A DNA stretch of 31,759 bases from contig VBFM01000094.1 in the NCBI GenBank assembly GCA_005882595.1, positions 1 through 31,759 of the forward strand. The letters run 5' to 3'. The notes under the pieces are model-generated. The model did not search any database, was not told where the DNA came from, and saw only the letters and a program-made list of their open reading frames with translations. Both the position numbers and the translations under genes were made by a program. The DNA is from Chloroflexota bacterium. GTDB taxonomy: Bacteria; Chloroflexota; Ktedonobacteria; Ktedonobacterales; Ktedonobacteraceae. Of this stretch, positions 1 to 8,366 are shown one piece after another; position 1 is the stretch's first letter; every line of letters begins with the position of its first letter.

Positions 1-90
1 GGCTGCCTTGATAATACGCAGGGTGGCCTCCATGATCTCCGGCCCGATGCCATCCCCGTATGCAACTGTAATTGGTACGTTATTTGCCAT
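1..90 (-). CDS. icd: Isocitrate dehydrogenase, 5' end only (runs off window)
   Basis: Hand translation from ATG at 90: MANNVPITVAYGDGIGPEIMEATLRIIKAA. GDGIGPEI is the N-terminal signature of the isocitrate/isopropylmalate dehydrogenase family; the ITVAYGDGIGPEIMEA form resembles NADP-IDH. Confidence 0.75.
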   Translation of the reverse strand, partial: MANNVPITVAYGDGIGPEIMEATLRIIKAA

Positions 91-136
91 AATAAGAGCC
101 TTCTTCTTTCAGTGATTGCTGCGATTTTGCTGTTTC

Positions 137-165
137 AGTGTAGCATAGCACCAGGGTGATCGCAA
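137..165 (-). promoter_or_regulatory. Putative sigma70 promoter for icd
   Basis: Minus strand TTGCGA (160-165), 17-bp spacer, TACACT (137-142) preceded by TGn (extended -10). Confidence 0.5.
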
Positions 166-244
166 GGGTAGGCCCTGGAAGTTGTTATCTTTTGAATAGC
201 CCTGATTTTCATACCTTTTTTCTCTGTACGTTTGTCTCAAAATC

Positions 245-253
245 TGCTATAGT
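245..253 (+). promoter_or_regulatory. Putative extended -10 promoter for the RNase D-like gene
   Basis: TGcTATAGT about 110 nt upstream of the start codon; no good -35. Confidence 0.4.
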
Positions 254-265
254 TGCTGCAAATAA

Positions 266-323
266 ACTACTTATCCGACTGCCTGACACGCAGTGTAGCA
301 CGTAGTGCGTTGGCAGTCGGAAT
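266..323 (+). repeat. Hairpin element, family H, copy A
   Basis: ccgactgcc (275-283) / ggcagtcgg (312-320) 9-bp inverted repeat; the 46-bp core is 43/46 identical to 14040-14085. Confidence 0.85.
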
Positions 324-364
324 ACGGACCATTAGGCATTATTCAGTCTCGATAAGGTATATGC

Positions 365-1618
365 TTGAGCGAAAACGAACGTAGACAAGAACCTGAATCA
401 GCAGAAGAGTGGGATAAGGTATTACCGGGTTACCTGGGTGAAAGTCCACCGTATGGCTCGCCTCCAGTGAGAGGTGAGCGCGTCTGGGTTGACCGTCCAG
501 AACAATTACAACATGCTGCTAACGTATTGGGGCACGCTCCTGTTATCGCTATCGACGCCGAGTTTACCCAGGTGCGCGCGCTTATACGCGCTCAAGGGGA
601 GATGCCGACCTCAACGCATCGTCTCGCGCTGCTGCAACTGGCCATTGATGGGCGGTGCTTTGTCGTCGATGCGCTGCGCCTGCGTGATCTATCGCCTCTG
701 GCTGCTGTGGTAGGCAATCCTGAGATCAGTATTCTCTTGCATGGGGCCGGGGCGGACTTGCGCGTGATGGCCGAACGCGAGCTTTTTGTGGCGCATTATT
801 TTGATCTGGAGGCCGCCAGCCGCTCAATTTTTGGTCAGCACGAGTCGTCATTGGCGGCTATGCTGCTGCGCGCCTTTCAAGTTCGCCTGGATAAAAGTTT
901 ACAGCGCACGGATTGGACGCGCCGCCCCTTACCTCCGGCCATGGTAGCGTATGCTGCTCGCGATGCAGAAATGACCCTGGCGCTGTACTACTGGCTCTTC
1001 GAATACTTCCCCTGGGCGCTGAACCTGCATGACAGCGCCAATTTGCAGACGCCAGTCGCCTCCTGGATTGAGCCATTCCTGCGGGGCATCTCGCCTGTAC
1101 CGCCCGATGTGGCGATTGCTGAGGCTATAGAGCAGGGAGTTATTCTCAGCAGGCAACAGGTGGTGAACGATTGCCGGAACGCGCTGACTACCCTTATCTA
1201 TCCTATGCAGCGTAGTCGCCTGTTGCGCCTGATTGCTGATCTTGCATTGACGCAGTTGACGCCCGATATTGAGCCGCTGTTGCAGGCGCGTACTTCGGAT
1301 GAGCGCGCCGCCGCTATCCGCGCGCTTATTCGCCTGGATGCTGAACACAGCAAAGAGAAGATATATCCCTTGCTGCAAGACCCGGTACACGATGTGCGAA
1401 AAGCTGCTTCGACTGCGCTCCGCTCCAATGTCCAGAAGGATATTACAGGGCCGGGGCTACTCGCTCCGGCGAAAAGCGCTGATGGCTCGCGGAGTTGGAC
1501 TGTTGGCGAAACAGGCGATGCTGGCAGCGCGGACGACAATGATTGGAAAGCGCGCCTGCGTTCAATGATGGGGGAAGAGCCTTCGCGGCAGCCTCGTACC
1601 GATCCAGACCAGCAGTAG
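365..1618 (+). CDS. RNase D-like DEDDy 3'-5' exonuclease with C-terminal HEAT-like repeats
   Basis: Motifs IAIDAEF, LHGAGADL, FDLEAA, DWTRRPL, YAARDA; C-terminal LLQARTSDERAAAIRAL and LLQDPVHDVRKAASTAL HEAT-like repeats; TTG start. Confidence 0.85.
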   Translation: MSENERRQEPESAEEWDKVLPGYLGESPPYGSPPVRGERVWVDRPEQLQHAANVLGHAPVIAIDAEFTQVRALIRAQGEMPTSTHRLALLQLAIDGRCFVVDALRLRDLSPLAAVVGNPEISILLHGAGADLRVMAERELFVAHYFDLEAASRSIFGQHESSLAAMLLRAFQVRLDKSLQRTDWTRRPLPPAMVAYAARDAEMTLALYYWLFEYFPWALNLHDSANLQTPVASWIEPFLRGISPVPPDVAIAEAIEQGVILSRQQVVNDCRNALTTLIYPMQRSRLLRLIADLALTQLTPDIEPLLQARTSDERAAAIRALIRLDAEHSKEKIYPLLQDPVHDVRKAASTALRSNVQKDITGPGLLAPAKSADGSRSWTVGETGDAGSADDNDWKARLRSMMGEEPSRQPRTDPDQQ

Positions 1619-2266
1619 GAGCGCCGAAAAAGCCCCGACACGTTTCAGACGCGCGACCCACTGCTCCTCCTGCAGGGGATCATTATCTCCCAGACCCAGC
1701 TGGTGCACCAGGGTATGTAGTCGTGTTGGAGCTGAGGAGTAGGATTCAATGGGAACACGCCCATTTGAGAATGCTGGGGACATCGATACTCCATCTTGCT
1801 CTTCTGCTGGTATGTCATGCTCGTAAGAGGTGGCGCGTAACTGTTCGGCCAGCGAGGTGAAAAACTGTTGAATCAGTATCTTGACCGTCCCCTTAACCAG
1901 GGCTGGGGGAAGAAATGCCCCAGGTTTCCCAGGGTTCAACGTCCCCGAATAAGCTACTACCGTATTGTCATTGTGTGTACCGAGATGAATTTCCCATATT
2001 CCCTGGAGGTGGCTCTGTTGCCCTTCGCCCTCAAGCGTCATGCGATACGAGGTGGGATAGCGCAGTTCGTCGACAACGACATGTCCTGAATAGACGCCAC
2101 GCAGTGGGGCATGCTTGATGTGCAGGGTGAAAGCGTAAGTCTGTTTGCCGACCGTCTCCAGGCGTTCCAGGCCTGGGACATTATGCCGCAGCGTCTGCTG
2201 ATCCATCAAACATTGCCAGACCTCTTCCGGCGCGGCCTGTAGTGTATATGTTCCCTCAATATCCAT
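1562..2266 (-). CDS. CoxG/SRPBCC-family protein with C-terminal transmembrane anchor
   Basis: MDIEGTYTLQAAPEEVWQCLMD...PGLERLE matches the CoxG N-terminus; hydrophobic C-terminal segment; ATG 2266 has an AAAGGA RBS. Confidence 0.75.
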   Translation of the reverse strand: MDIEGTYTLQAAPEEVWQCLMDQQTLRHNVPGLERLETVGKQTYAFTLHIKHAPLRGVYSGHVVVDELRYPTSYRMTLEGEGQQSHLQGIWEIHLGTHNDNTVVAYSGTLNPGKPGAFLPPALVKGTVKILIQQFFTSLAEQLRATSYEHDIPAEEQDGVSMSPAFSNGRVPIESYSSAPTRLHTLVHQLGLGDNDPLQEEQWVARLKRVGAFSALLLLVWIGTRLPRRLFPHH

Positions 2267-2354
2267 ACAAAAATCCTTTATCAAAGCAGCATTCTATTAC
2301 CTTAATTATAGGGGAGGACTCCCAGGGGCGCAATGGGTATGTTCCGAAAAAACC

Positions 2355-2383
2355 TTGCGTTCATTTCACACAAGGTGTATACT
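2355..2383 (+). promoter_or_regulatory. Putative sigma70 promoter for rplI
   Basis: TTGCGT (2355-2360), 17 bp, TATACT (2378-2383). Confidence 0.55.
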
Positions 2384-2415
2384 AGCTTTCGCATTAACGA
2401 GACCAGGTGGAAGTT

Positions 2416-2439
2416 GTAGGGGCGCAATTCATTGCGCCC
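2416..2439 (+). repeat. REP element (GTAG family)
   Basis: GTAG followed by palindrome gggcgcaat-tc-attgcgccc. Confidence 0.8.
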
Positions 2440-2480
2440 GCCTAAGTAAATCTGCTTCCCCTCATAGCGAAGAGGTTTGA

Positions 2481-2969
2481 ATGAAAGTAATACTCTTACA
2501 AGATGTTGATAATCTTGGCAAGGCTGGTGATCTGAAGGAGGTAGCGAATGGCTACGCTCGCAATTATCTGTTGCCGCGCCGACTCGCTGCCGGCGCAACT
2601 CCCGGCCTTTTAGCAAATCACCAGCAGCGTATCACCGCCGAAAAGCGCAAGCTGGAGAAGCAAGTAGACAGTAATCGACAACAGGCCGAGCGGCTGAGCA
2701 ACGTTACCTTGACCTTTAAGGCGCGCGTTGGTAAACAGGGCCGACTCTATGGCTCCATCACCAGCCAGGATATCGCGGAAGGTCTGCGCAATATCGAGGG
2801 GATCACTATTGACAGGCGTTTGATTGAACTACCCAATCCCATTCGATCGGTTGGCACGTTCATGGTTCCTGTCAAAGTCGCGTCCAGGCTTGAGCCAAAA
2901 ATCACCGTCAACGTTATTGACGAAGCCGCAAATGAGGCTGCTGTAGAAGAGAGCGTTACAGGCGTGTAG
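2481..2969 (+). CDS. rplI: 50S ribosomal protein L9
   Basis: MKVILLQDVDNLGKAGD..V..GYARNYLLP and GRLYGSITSQDIAE signatures. Confidence 0.97.
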   Translation: MKVILLQDVDNLGKAGDLKEVANGYARNYLLPRRLAAGATPGLLANHQQRITAEKRKLEKQVDSNRQQAERLSNVTLTFKARVGKQGRLYGSITSQDIAEGLRNIEGITIDRRLIELPNPIRSVGTFMVPVKVASRLEPKITVNVIDEAANEAAVEESVTGV

Positions 2970-2989
2970 GGGCCCGATTTATCGCGCCC
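2966..2989 (+). repeat. REP element overlapping the rplI stop codon
   Basis: gtaggggcccgatttatcgcgccc; its GTAG contains the TAG stop at 2967-2969. Confidence 0.7.
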
Positions 2990-2997
2990 GCGCCGGA

Positions 2998-3096
2998 GCC
3001 AGGGCGACCGCAAGGGTGCGCCCCTACAATATACGAATGCGTCTGCTGCCTGATTTGTCCGTATATTGTAGGGGCGTACCCTTGCGGTCGCCCTGG
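2998..3096. repeat. REPIN (inverted REP doublet)
   Basis: gggcgaccgcaagggtgcgcccctac-aatatacg (3002-3035) is inverted against cgtatatt-gtaggggcgtacccttgcggtcgccc (3060-3093) with one mismatch. Confidence 0.85.
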
Positions 3097-3230
3097 AAAA
3101 GGATGCTATACCGCTTGCTATCCATGACAGGCAAATGACCCTTGCGGTCGGATGCTATGCTCCGGCAGGGGCTGATCTGGCACGGCGTGATCTTAGGCGC
3201 GCCCTTGCGGTTCCCCTGGAAAGGGATGCT

Positions 3231-4358
3231 ATGCCTCGTTGGCTGTACTATCTACTTATACTGGCCGTCATTGCTCCCATCATCCAACTGGTGTGGGGAC
3301 AACAGCAAGAGATGGCCATTTTTATTTGTTCAGCTATCGCCCTGATTCCCCTGGCAGGACTAATCGGGCGTGCCACCGAAGACCTGGAATATTACGTTGG
3401 TCCCATTGCCGGTGGGCTGCTGAACGCCACCTTTGGCAATGCTCCCGAAATTATCATCGGCATCTTTGCCCTGCAACAGGGACTGATCTCAGTGGTCAAG
3501 GCCTCGATTACCGGTTCGATCATCAGCAACGCACTGCTTGTATTGGGCAGTTCGCTGGCGCTTGGAGGATGGCGCTGGGGCAAACAATACTTCAATGCGC
3601 GCGATGCCGGGCAATATTCGGCCATGATGGTGCTGGCGGTAGCTGGCCTGCTCATTCCCGCAACCGGTTCCCTGATCATCCGTGACTCTGGACGTGTGCA
3701 GTCGATCAGCATAGCGGTCTCGGTGATCCTGCTGCTGGTCTATGGCATGTACCTTGCCCTGCATGTCTTTCACGTGCGCGCTGAACGCCGCAGCCCTAAA
3801 CGTCACCAGGCTGCTCTTGCCGAGGAGCAGGGGGAAGTAGAGGTGGAAGCGGTGACCGGCGGTGTTGATCCCCATAGGCTGGATGAGAGGAATCCACCTA
3901 AACCCTGGCTGGCGGCTGTATTATTGCTGGTCGCGACCATCGGCACTGCCTTGAATAGCGAATTGTTAGTAGGCGCGATTGTGCCCGTCACCAGGCTGCT
4001 GGGCTGGTCTCCCATCTTCATTGGCCTGGTTATCATCCCTATTGTGGGCAATGCTGCCGAACATTCAAGCGCCGTATATATCGCGCTCAGGGATCGCATT
4101 GACCTCAGTATGGCCATTGCAGCCGGTTCATCGATTCAAGTCGCCACCTTCGTCGCGCCGCTCCTGGTGCTGGTGAGCCTGTTCTATGCCACGCCGCTCA
4201 ACCTGGTCTTTCAACCCCTGGAATTGGTTGTGTTAGGACTGGCGACCATCCTCTTCGCCCTCCTCAGCCTGGATGGAGAGACTACATGGTTGGCCGGAAT
4301 ACAACTCGTTGCGGTGTATATAATGGCGTGCGTGGTGTTTTTCTTCATTCCTGGATAA
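3231..4358 (+). CDS. Ca2+/H+ antiporter (CaCA family, Cax/ChaA-like)
   Basis: Alpha-repeat motifs GLLNATFGNAPE and PIVGNAAEH, GSIISNALLVLG, about 11 hydrophobic segments; start moved to ATG 3231 because the upstream frame is REP-derived. Confidence 0.92.
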   Translation: MPRWLYYLLILAVIAPIIQLVWGQQQEMAIFICSAIALIPLAGLIGRATEDLEYYVGPIAGGLLNATFGNAPEIIIGIFALQQGLISVVKASITGSIISNALLVLGSSLALGGWRWGKQYFNARDAGQYSAMMVLAVAGLLIPATGSLIIRDSGRVQSISIAVSVILLLVYGMYLALHVFHVRAERRSPKRHQAALAEEQGEVEVEAVTGGVDPHRLDERNPPKPWLAAVLLLVATIGTALNSELLVGAIVPVTRLLGWSPIFIGLVIIPIVGNAAEHSSAVYIALRDRIDLSMAIAAGSSIQVATFVAPLLVLVSLFYATPLNLVFQPLELVVLGLATILFALLSLDGETTWLAGIQLVAVYIMACVVFFFIPG

Positions 4359-4413
4359 ATCTCGGATTTCGTTTGCGTGGTGTTCTTTTTCATTCCCGCT
4401 CCACCCCTTGTCC

Positions 4414-5955
4414 CTACGAATTACATTTGAGGATGGCGCGGGGAATCTTTGGCAATAAATCGGGGGCGAGCAGACCCGCGTGACCAATTTCGGCGCTCAC
4501 TAACTCGGCGGCTGCAGTGTGAAGGTAGACGGCTGCGCTGGCGGCATCAAAGGGTGGGACTTTTTGCGCGAGCAGGCCCGCGACCATACCGGCCAGAACA
4601 TCTCCGGTGCCTGCTGTCGCCAGTGCGGGGTTAGCCAGCCAGTTGATGCGAGTGCGCCCGGCTGGCTCGGTGATAATTGTGCAGGCGCCTTTGAGTACAA
4701 GTATGACCTGCCATTCGCTGGCCTTGCGCTGCGCCAGTTCCAGGCGGTCCAGGTTGCCACCGGATACCTTTAAACCGCCGCAGAGACGCCCCATTTCGCC
4801 GGGGTGCGGCGTAATTACTGTGCCCGTGGGAAGCAATGTCCACCAGCGTTCTAAGGCTGAGAGATTGTTGAGTCCATCCGCGTCAATCACGAGATGCGGT
4901 CGTTCTTCCTCTGGTAAGGAACGTAGATGCTCCAATACCTGGAGGATGACTTCGAGTGTTTGGGGAGATTGACCGAGGCCGGGTCCCATGAGCAGGGCCC
5001 GGTACCCTTCCAGGTGGTCGATCAGCGCGGACGATTGTTGGAAGCTCTCTACCTGTTCATCGGGGAGCAGTACAAATGTCACCTCGTGCATCGCACTGGC
5101 ATAGATGGGATGCATGCGCTCTGTGACGGCCAGTGTGACGAGTCCCGCGCCTATGCGTCCGGCAGCGCTTCCGGCCAGGAATGCCGAACCTGGATAGGGC
5201 GGGGAGCCGCAAAACAACATGACTTTCCCAAAAGTCCCCTTATTGCTATCCAGTGGACGCGGCGGCAGGATATGCTGCACCATTTTGGCTGTCAGCATTT
5301 CCTTCTGCAGGTGCTGTTCCAGTTCGGCTGGGAGGCCGATGTCACCTACATACAGTTCCCCTATGTAACTACGCCCAGGAAAGAAGAAAACCCCCTGTTT
5401 CGGGCAGGCCAGCGTGATCGTGATATCGGCGGGAATCGTGCCTGGATCAACTTCTCCGGTGTCCGCGTTTAAGCCCGTTGGCAGGTCAACCGCGACGATG
5501 CGCAGCGTGTCGCGTTTCTCCCGCTCCTGCCGCGTCCTTGCAAGCAGGCTGCGCATGCTATCGGGCAGTGGACGCGAACGCCCGGTACCTAACAGGGCGT
5601 CAAGCACATATCCGGTGCGCTGAAAGACCTCTTCGAGCTGTGCTGCCGTTTCCTGCTCAGGAACATCCTGCCCCGCAATCGTCAGCCGTTGCTCTTTCCA
5701 GCGATAGAGATTGACCAGCCCTCCCCATTTTTGCAGGTAACGTCCCATGACCAGCCCATCCCCACCATTGTTGCCGGGACCGACCAGTATCAAGAACTCG
5801 GTATCATTGACGGAACGCTGGCGGCGGATATGTTGTACCAGTAGTTCCGCCGCGCTCTTCCCCGCGTTCTCCATGAGGATTTGCGAAGTCAAACCATATT
5901 CCCGGTCTGCCCTGGCTTCTAGCTCGCGCATTTCATCAATTGTCACAATGTGCAT
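4414..5955 (-). CDS. nnr: Bifunctional NAD(P)H-hydrate epimerase/dehydratase (NnrE-NnrD, YjeF)
   Basis: LMENAG, GPGNNGGDG, DALLGTG, AVDLPTG; dehydratase half SNKGTFG, GPGLG, DADGLN, ITPHPGEM, LATAGTGDVLAG. Confidence 0.95.
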   Translation of the reverse strand: MHIVTIDEMRELEARADREYGLTSQILMENAGKSAAELLVQHIRRQRSVNDTEFLILVGPGNNGGDGLVMGRYLQKWGGLVNLYRWKEQRLTIAGQDVPEQETAAQLEEVFQRTGYVLDALLGTGRSRPLPDSMRSLLARTRQEREKRDTLRIVAVDLPTGLNADTGEVDPGTIPADITITLACPKQGVFFFPGRSYIGELYVGDIGLPAELEQHLQKEMLTAKMVQHILPPRPLDSNKGTFGKVMLFCGSPPYPGSAFLAGSAAGRIGAGLVTLAVTERMHPIYASAMHEVTFVLLPDEQVESFQQSSALIDHLEGYRALLMGPGLGQSPQTLEVILQVLEHLRSLPEEERPHLVIDADGLNNLSALERWWTLLPTGTVITPHPGEMGRLCGGLKVSGGNLDRLELAQRKASEWQVILVLKGACTIITEPAGRTRINWLANPALATAGTGDVLAGMVAGLLAQKVPPFDAASAAVYLHTAAAELVSAEIGHAGLLAPDLLPKIPRAILKCNS

Positions 5956-6150
5956 GTTTTTATTCTCTCCTGTAGTGCCTGGCCTGCTTTTCTATGATCC
6001 TATATCATTGTAGTGCGCAAGAGGATAAGTGGGAAGGGGTGTAGCCACGATTGTTGACTAGCTGTATCACATGCAGTATCCTGTGATGCAATATTCAACA
6101 TCGCAGCTTGATGTTGCGATAGAGCCTTATTTAGTGGATACTCGTATTCT

Positions 6151-7152
6151 ATGAAACTCGCGCTAAAAATCACGCCGCAACGCAGCACGCAATACGCCAA
6201 TATGACTGAACGGTTGGCCAGGCCTGAACTGCTTGCCAGCCCTTTAGCTCCCGCGATCCAGCGCGTTGAGCCTATAGCGCTTGCTGGGCAAAGCTATCTC
6301 CTGGTCATGCTCGAAGATGCTGGCTGCCCCAACCTGCTCGATGTGTTGGGGCGCCTGGGAGCGACCAGCGAGGCATATGAATATTTTGAGCAAATTGGGG
6401 ACTTGCAAGGTCCTTTCTTGCGGCCCCTTGATGCAACCTTTCAGCCATTTGTGCCTGTAGAGATGGCAGAGATTCGGCGTTATAAGGGCAAAACCAACGA
6501 AATCTTCACACGTGTTCTGCTCAATGTTGCTGTCTTCGCGGGCGCGTTTCGTGAGCAAGCGACCGGAAGGCTGCGTATCCTTGATCCTCTTGCGGGTGGG
6601 GGAACGACACTCTTTCTCGCGCTCGCGGCTGGTTATGACGCTTTTGGCATTGAACACGAACGACAGGATGTGGAGACGACGGCGCTCTTTGTCCGGCAAT
6701 ACCTGGAGAGCGAACATATTCACTTTAAGGAGCGGGATGAACGCGGACGACGGGCGGGACGGCGCTATCAGTTCGAAATTGGGCGCAAAGGCGCGACTCG
6801 CCACCTCGTGCTGGCGCATGGTGATACGGCACAGGCTGAATTGCATTTGCAAGAGGTGCCGGGTGGCCCGCGTATGCATGCGATTGTGGCCGATTTGCCC
6901 TATGGCATTCAACATTTCGGCGAGATATCCGGCATGCTCTCTCAGGCGCTTCCGGTGTGGGAGAGGCTTTTATTGCCGGGCGGCACGATGGTTCTGGCCT
7001 GGAATGCCACGCGCGTCGAGCGCGAAGCCCTGGCGGCATGCGTCGCACAATGTACCCACCTGCGTGTATGCAACGATCCACCGTATACAGAGTTTGCGCA
7101 TACAGTGGATCGGGTTATTAAGAAACGCGATATTCTGGTAGCGGTGAAATGA
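6151..7152 (+). CDS. SAM-dependent methyltransferase, Trm11/UPF0020-like (probable RNA amino-methyltransferase)
   Basis: Motif I ILDPLAGGGTT...GIE and motif IV-like IVADLPYG. Confidence 0.7.
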   Translation: MKLALKITPQRSTQYANMTERLARPELLASPLAPAIQRVEPIALAGQSYLLVMLEDAGCPNLLDVLGRLGATSEAYEYFEQIGDLQGPFLRPLDATFQPFVPVEMAEIRRYKGKTNEIFTRVLLNVAVFAGAFREQATGRLRILDPLAGGGTTLFLALAAGYDAFGIEHERQDVETTALFVRQYLESEHIHFKERDERGRRAGRRYQFEIGRKGATRHLVLAHGDTAQAELHLQEVPGGPRMHAIVADLPYGIQHFGEISGMLSQALPVWERLLLPGGTMVLAWNATRVEREALAACVAQCTHLRVCNDPPYTEFAHTVDRVIKKRDILVAVK

Positions 7153-7153
7153 T

Positions 7154-8350
7154 TTACAGCAACTCCTTGACCATTATGGCGGCGGTGAATGTACTGCCCG
7201 CGTTATTCGTTTGGTATAACACCACGATTCCCTCTTGCATGCCTGTTTTGAAGGTGGAGGTGTAGGGTACGCTGACGGAAAAGGTGGTGTTTCCGTTTCC
7301 GGTGGCTCCGGTTGCACCGGCGTGGCCGATATCGGTGTAGGTGTGATCGAGCACCTTCACGGTGCCTATTTTGCCCTCAAAGGCATTGCCTGTGCCACTG
7401 ACCGTCACCGGGCTGGTCAGGATATCGCGATTCTTGGGCGCGGTAATCGACAGGCCACTGGCTGCTACTGTGATTATTTCCCAAATGCCGCCGTTGGTAT
7501 TGCCCTCCAGTCGCTGCATTGTCAGCATGAGGGTGCCGCCGCCCGTGTCGGTGTTTTTCACGCTGACTACCGCCTCGGCATCGCCGGAGCCGCCGCCGCT
7601 CATAACGGTGGCAATGACGTTCGGCCAATTGAGGAGCGCTGGCTCGCTGGCGAAGTGCGTAGCTACCATCGTCGGGGAAAGCTTCCAGCCATCTTGTCCC
7701 ATGTTGACCTGCACCTGGTCTCGTTCGGCCTGAAAACGTGTCAAGTCGGGATAAATGCCAGGAAATGAGGTGGGAGTGAAGCTCGCGGTAGTGAACTCGC
7801 GGAACAGGTCTAGCGTCAGGTTGGCACTAGCCTTGCCCTTGTTGATGCTGGAATTTTGATCGACTTCGGCGGTCATGACGGTATTGCGTAAACTAATCGC
7901 GGCATCGCCTTTATAGAGGTTTTGTAATTTGAAAAGCTGCGTCGGATTGGGGCTGGTAATATTGTTGTAGACGTACACATCCAGGGCCGCGCCTGTAGCG
8001 GAATAGCGCACGGTGACCAGGGCTTGTACCGTTGGAGTACCAATCAAGTTGCCACAGGCGACAGCCTCGACCTTCGAGACACCGGATTGCGTGGGGATGA
8101 TCGCATCCCAGTGTGCCGGGTCTTTTACCGCAGCAGGGCAAGGTTGCGAACCAAGCCCTATTACCGGTGTTGTGGCGGGTGTAGCGGTGCCGCTCGGCCC
8201 CCCGTTGGTAGATGTGCCATGGGGAGTCGGAGTCGTGCCATTCGCCCCGTTACTGCTTCCACCGCATGCCGCGAGCAGCAGAGCGAGAAGCACCGGTAAG
8301 CTGATACTTGTAAAGAGACGTTGGGGAGACCAGGGTGCCATTGTTTTCAT
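7154..8350 (-). CDS. Putative lipoprotein with C-terminal Gmad2-like immunoglobulin domain
   Basis: Lipobox LLLAAC, G/T/P-rich linker, C-terminal ITAPKNRDILTSPVTVSGTGNAFEG resembling the Gmad2 Ig-like domain; ATG 8350 has an RBS. Confidence 0.7.
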   Translation of the reverse strand: MKTMAPWSPQRLFTSISLPVLLALLLAACGGSSNGANGTTPTPHGTSTNGGPSGTATPATTPVIGLGSQPCPAAVKDPAHWDAIIPTQSGVSKVEAVACGNLIGTPTVQALVTVRYSATGAALDVYVYNNITSPNPTQLFKLQNLYKGDAAISLRNTVMTAEVDQNSSINKGKASANLTLDLFREFTTASFTPTSFPGIYPDLTRFQAERDQVQVNMGQDGWKLSPTMVATHFASEPALLNWPNVIATVMSGGGSGDAEAVVSVKNTDTGGGTLMLTMQRLEGNTNGGIWEIITVAASGLSITAPKNRDILTSPVTVSGTGNAFEGKIGTVKVLDHTYTDIGHAGATGATGNGNTTFSVSVPYTSTFKTGMQEGIVVLYQTNNAGSTFTAAIMVKELL

Positions 8351-8366
8351 GAGAGGTGCTCTCCTT

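Noticed and set aside
361-384. 7-codon ORF (MLERKRT) overlapping the exonuclease TTG start
   Set aside because: The aaggt RBS spacing fits TTG 365 better, and there is no evidence for a leader peptide.
6244-6915. Long antisense or alternate-frame ORFs (e.g. 6244-6915, 6512-7141, 26907-27560, 26926-27702)
   Set aside because: They shadow well-supported genes in GC-rich DNA and show no motifs or RBS.
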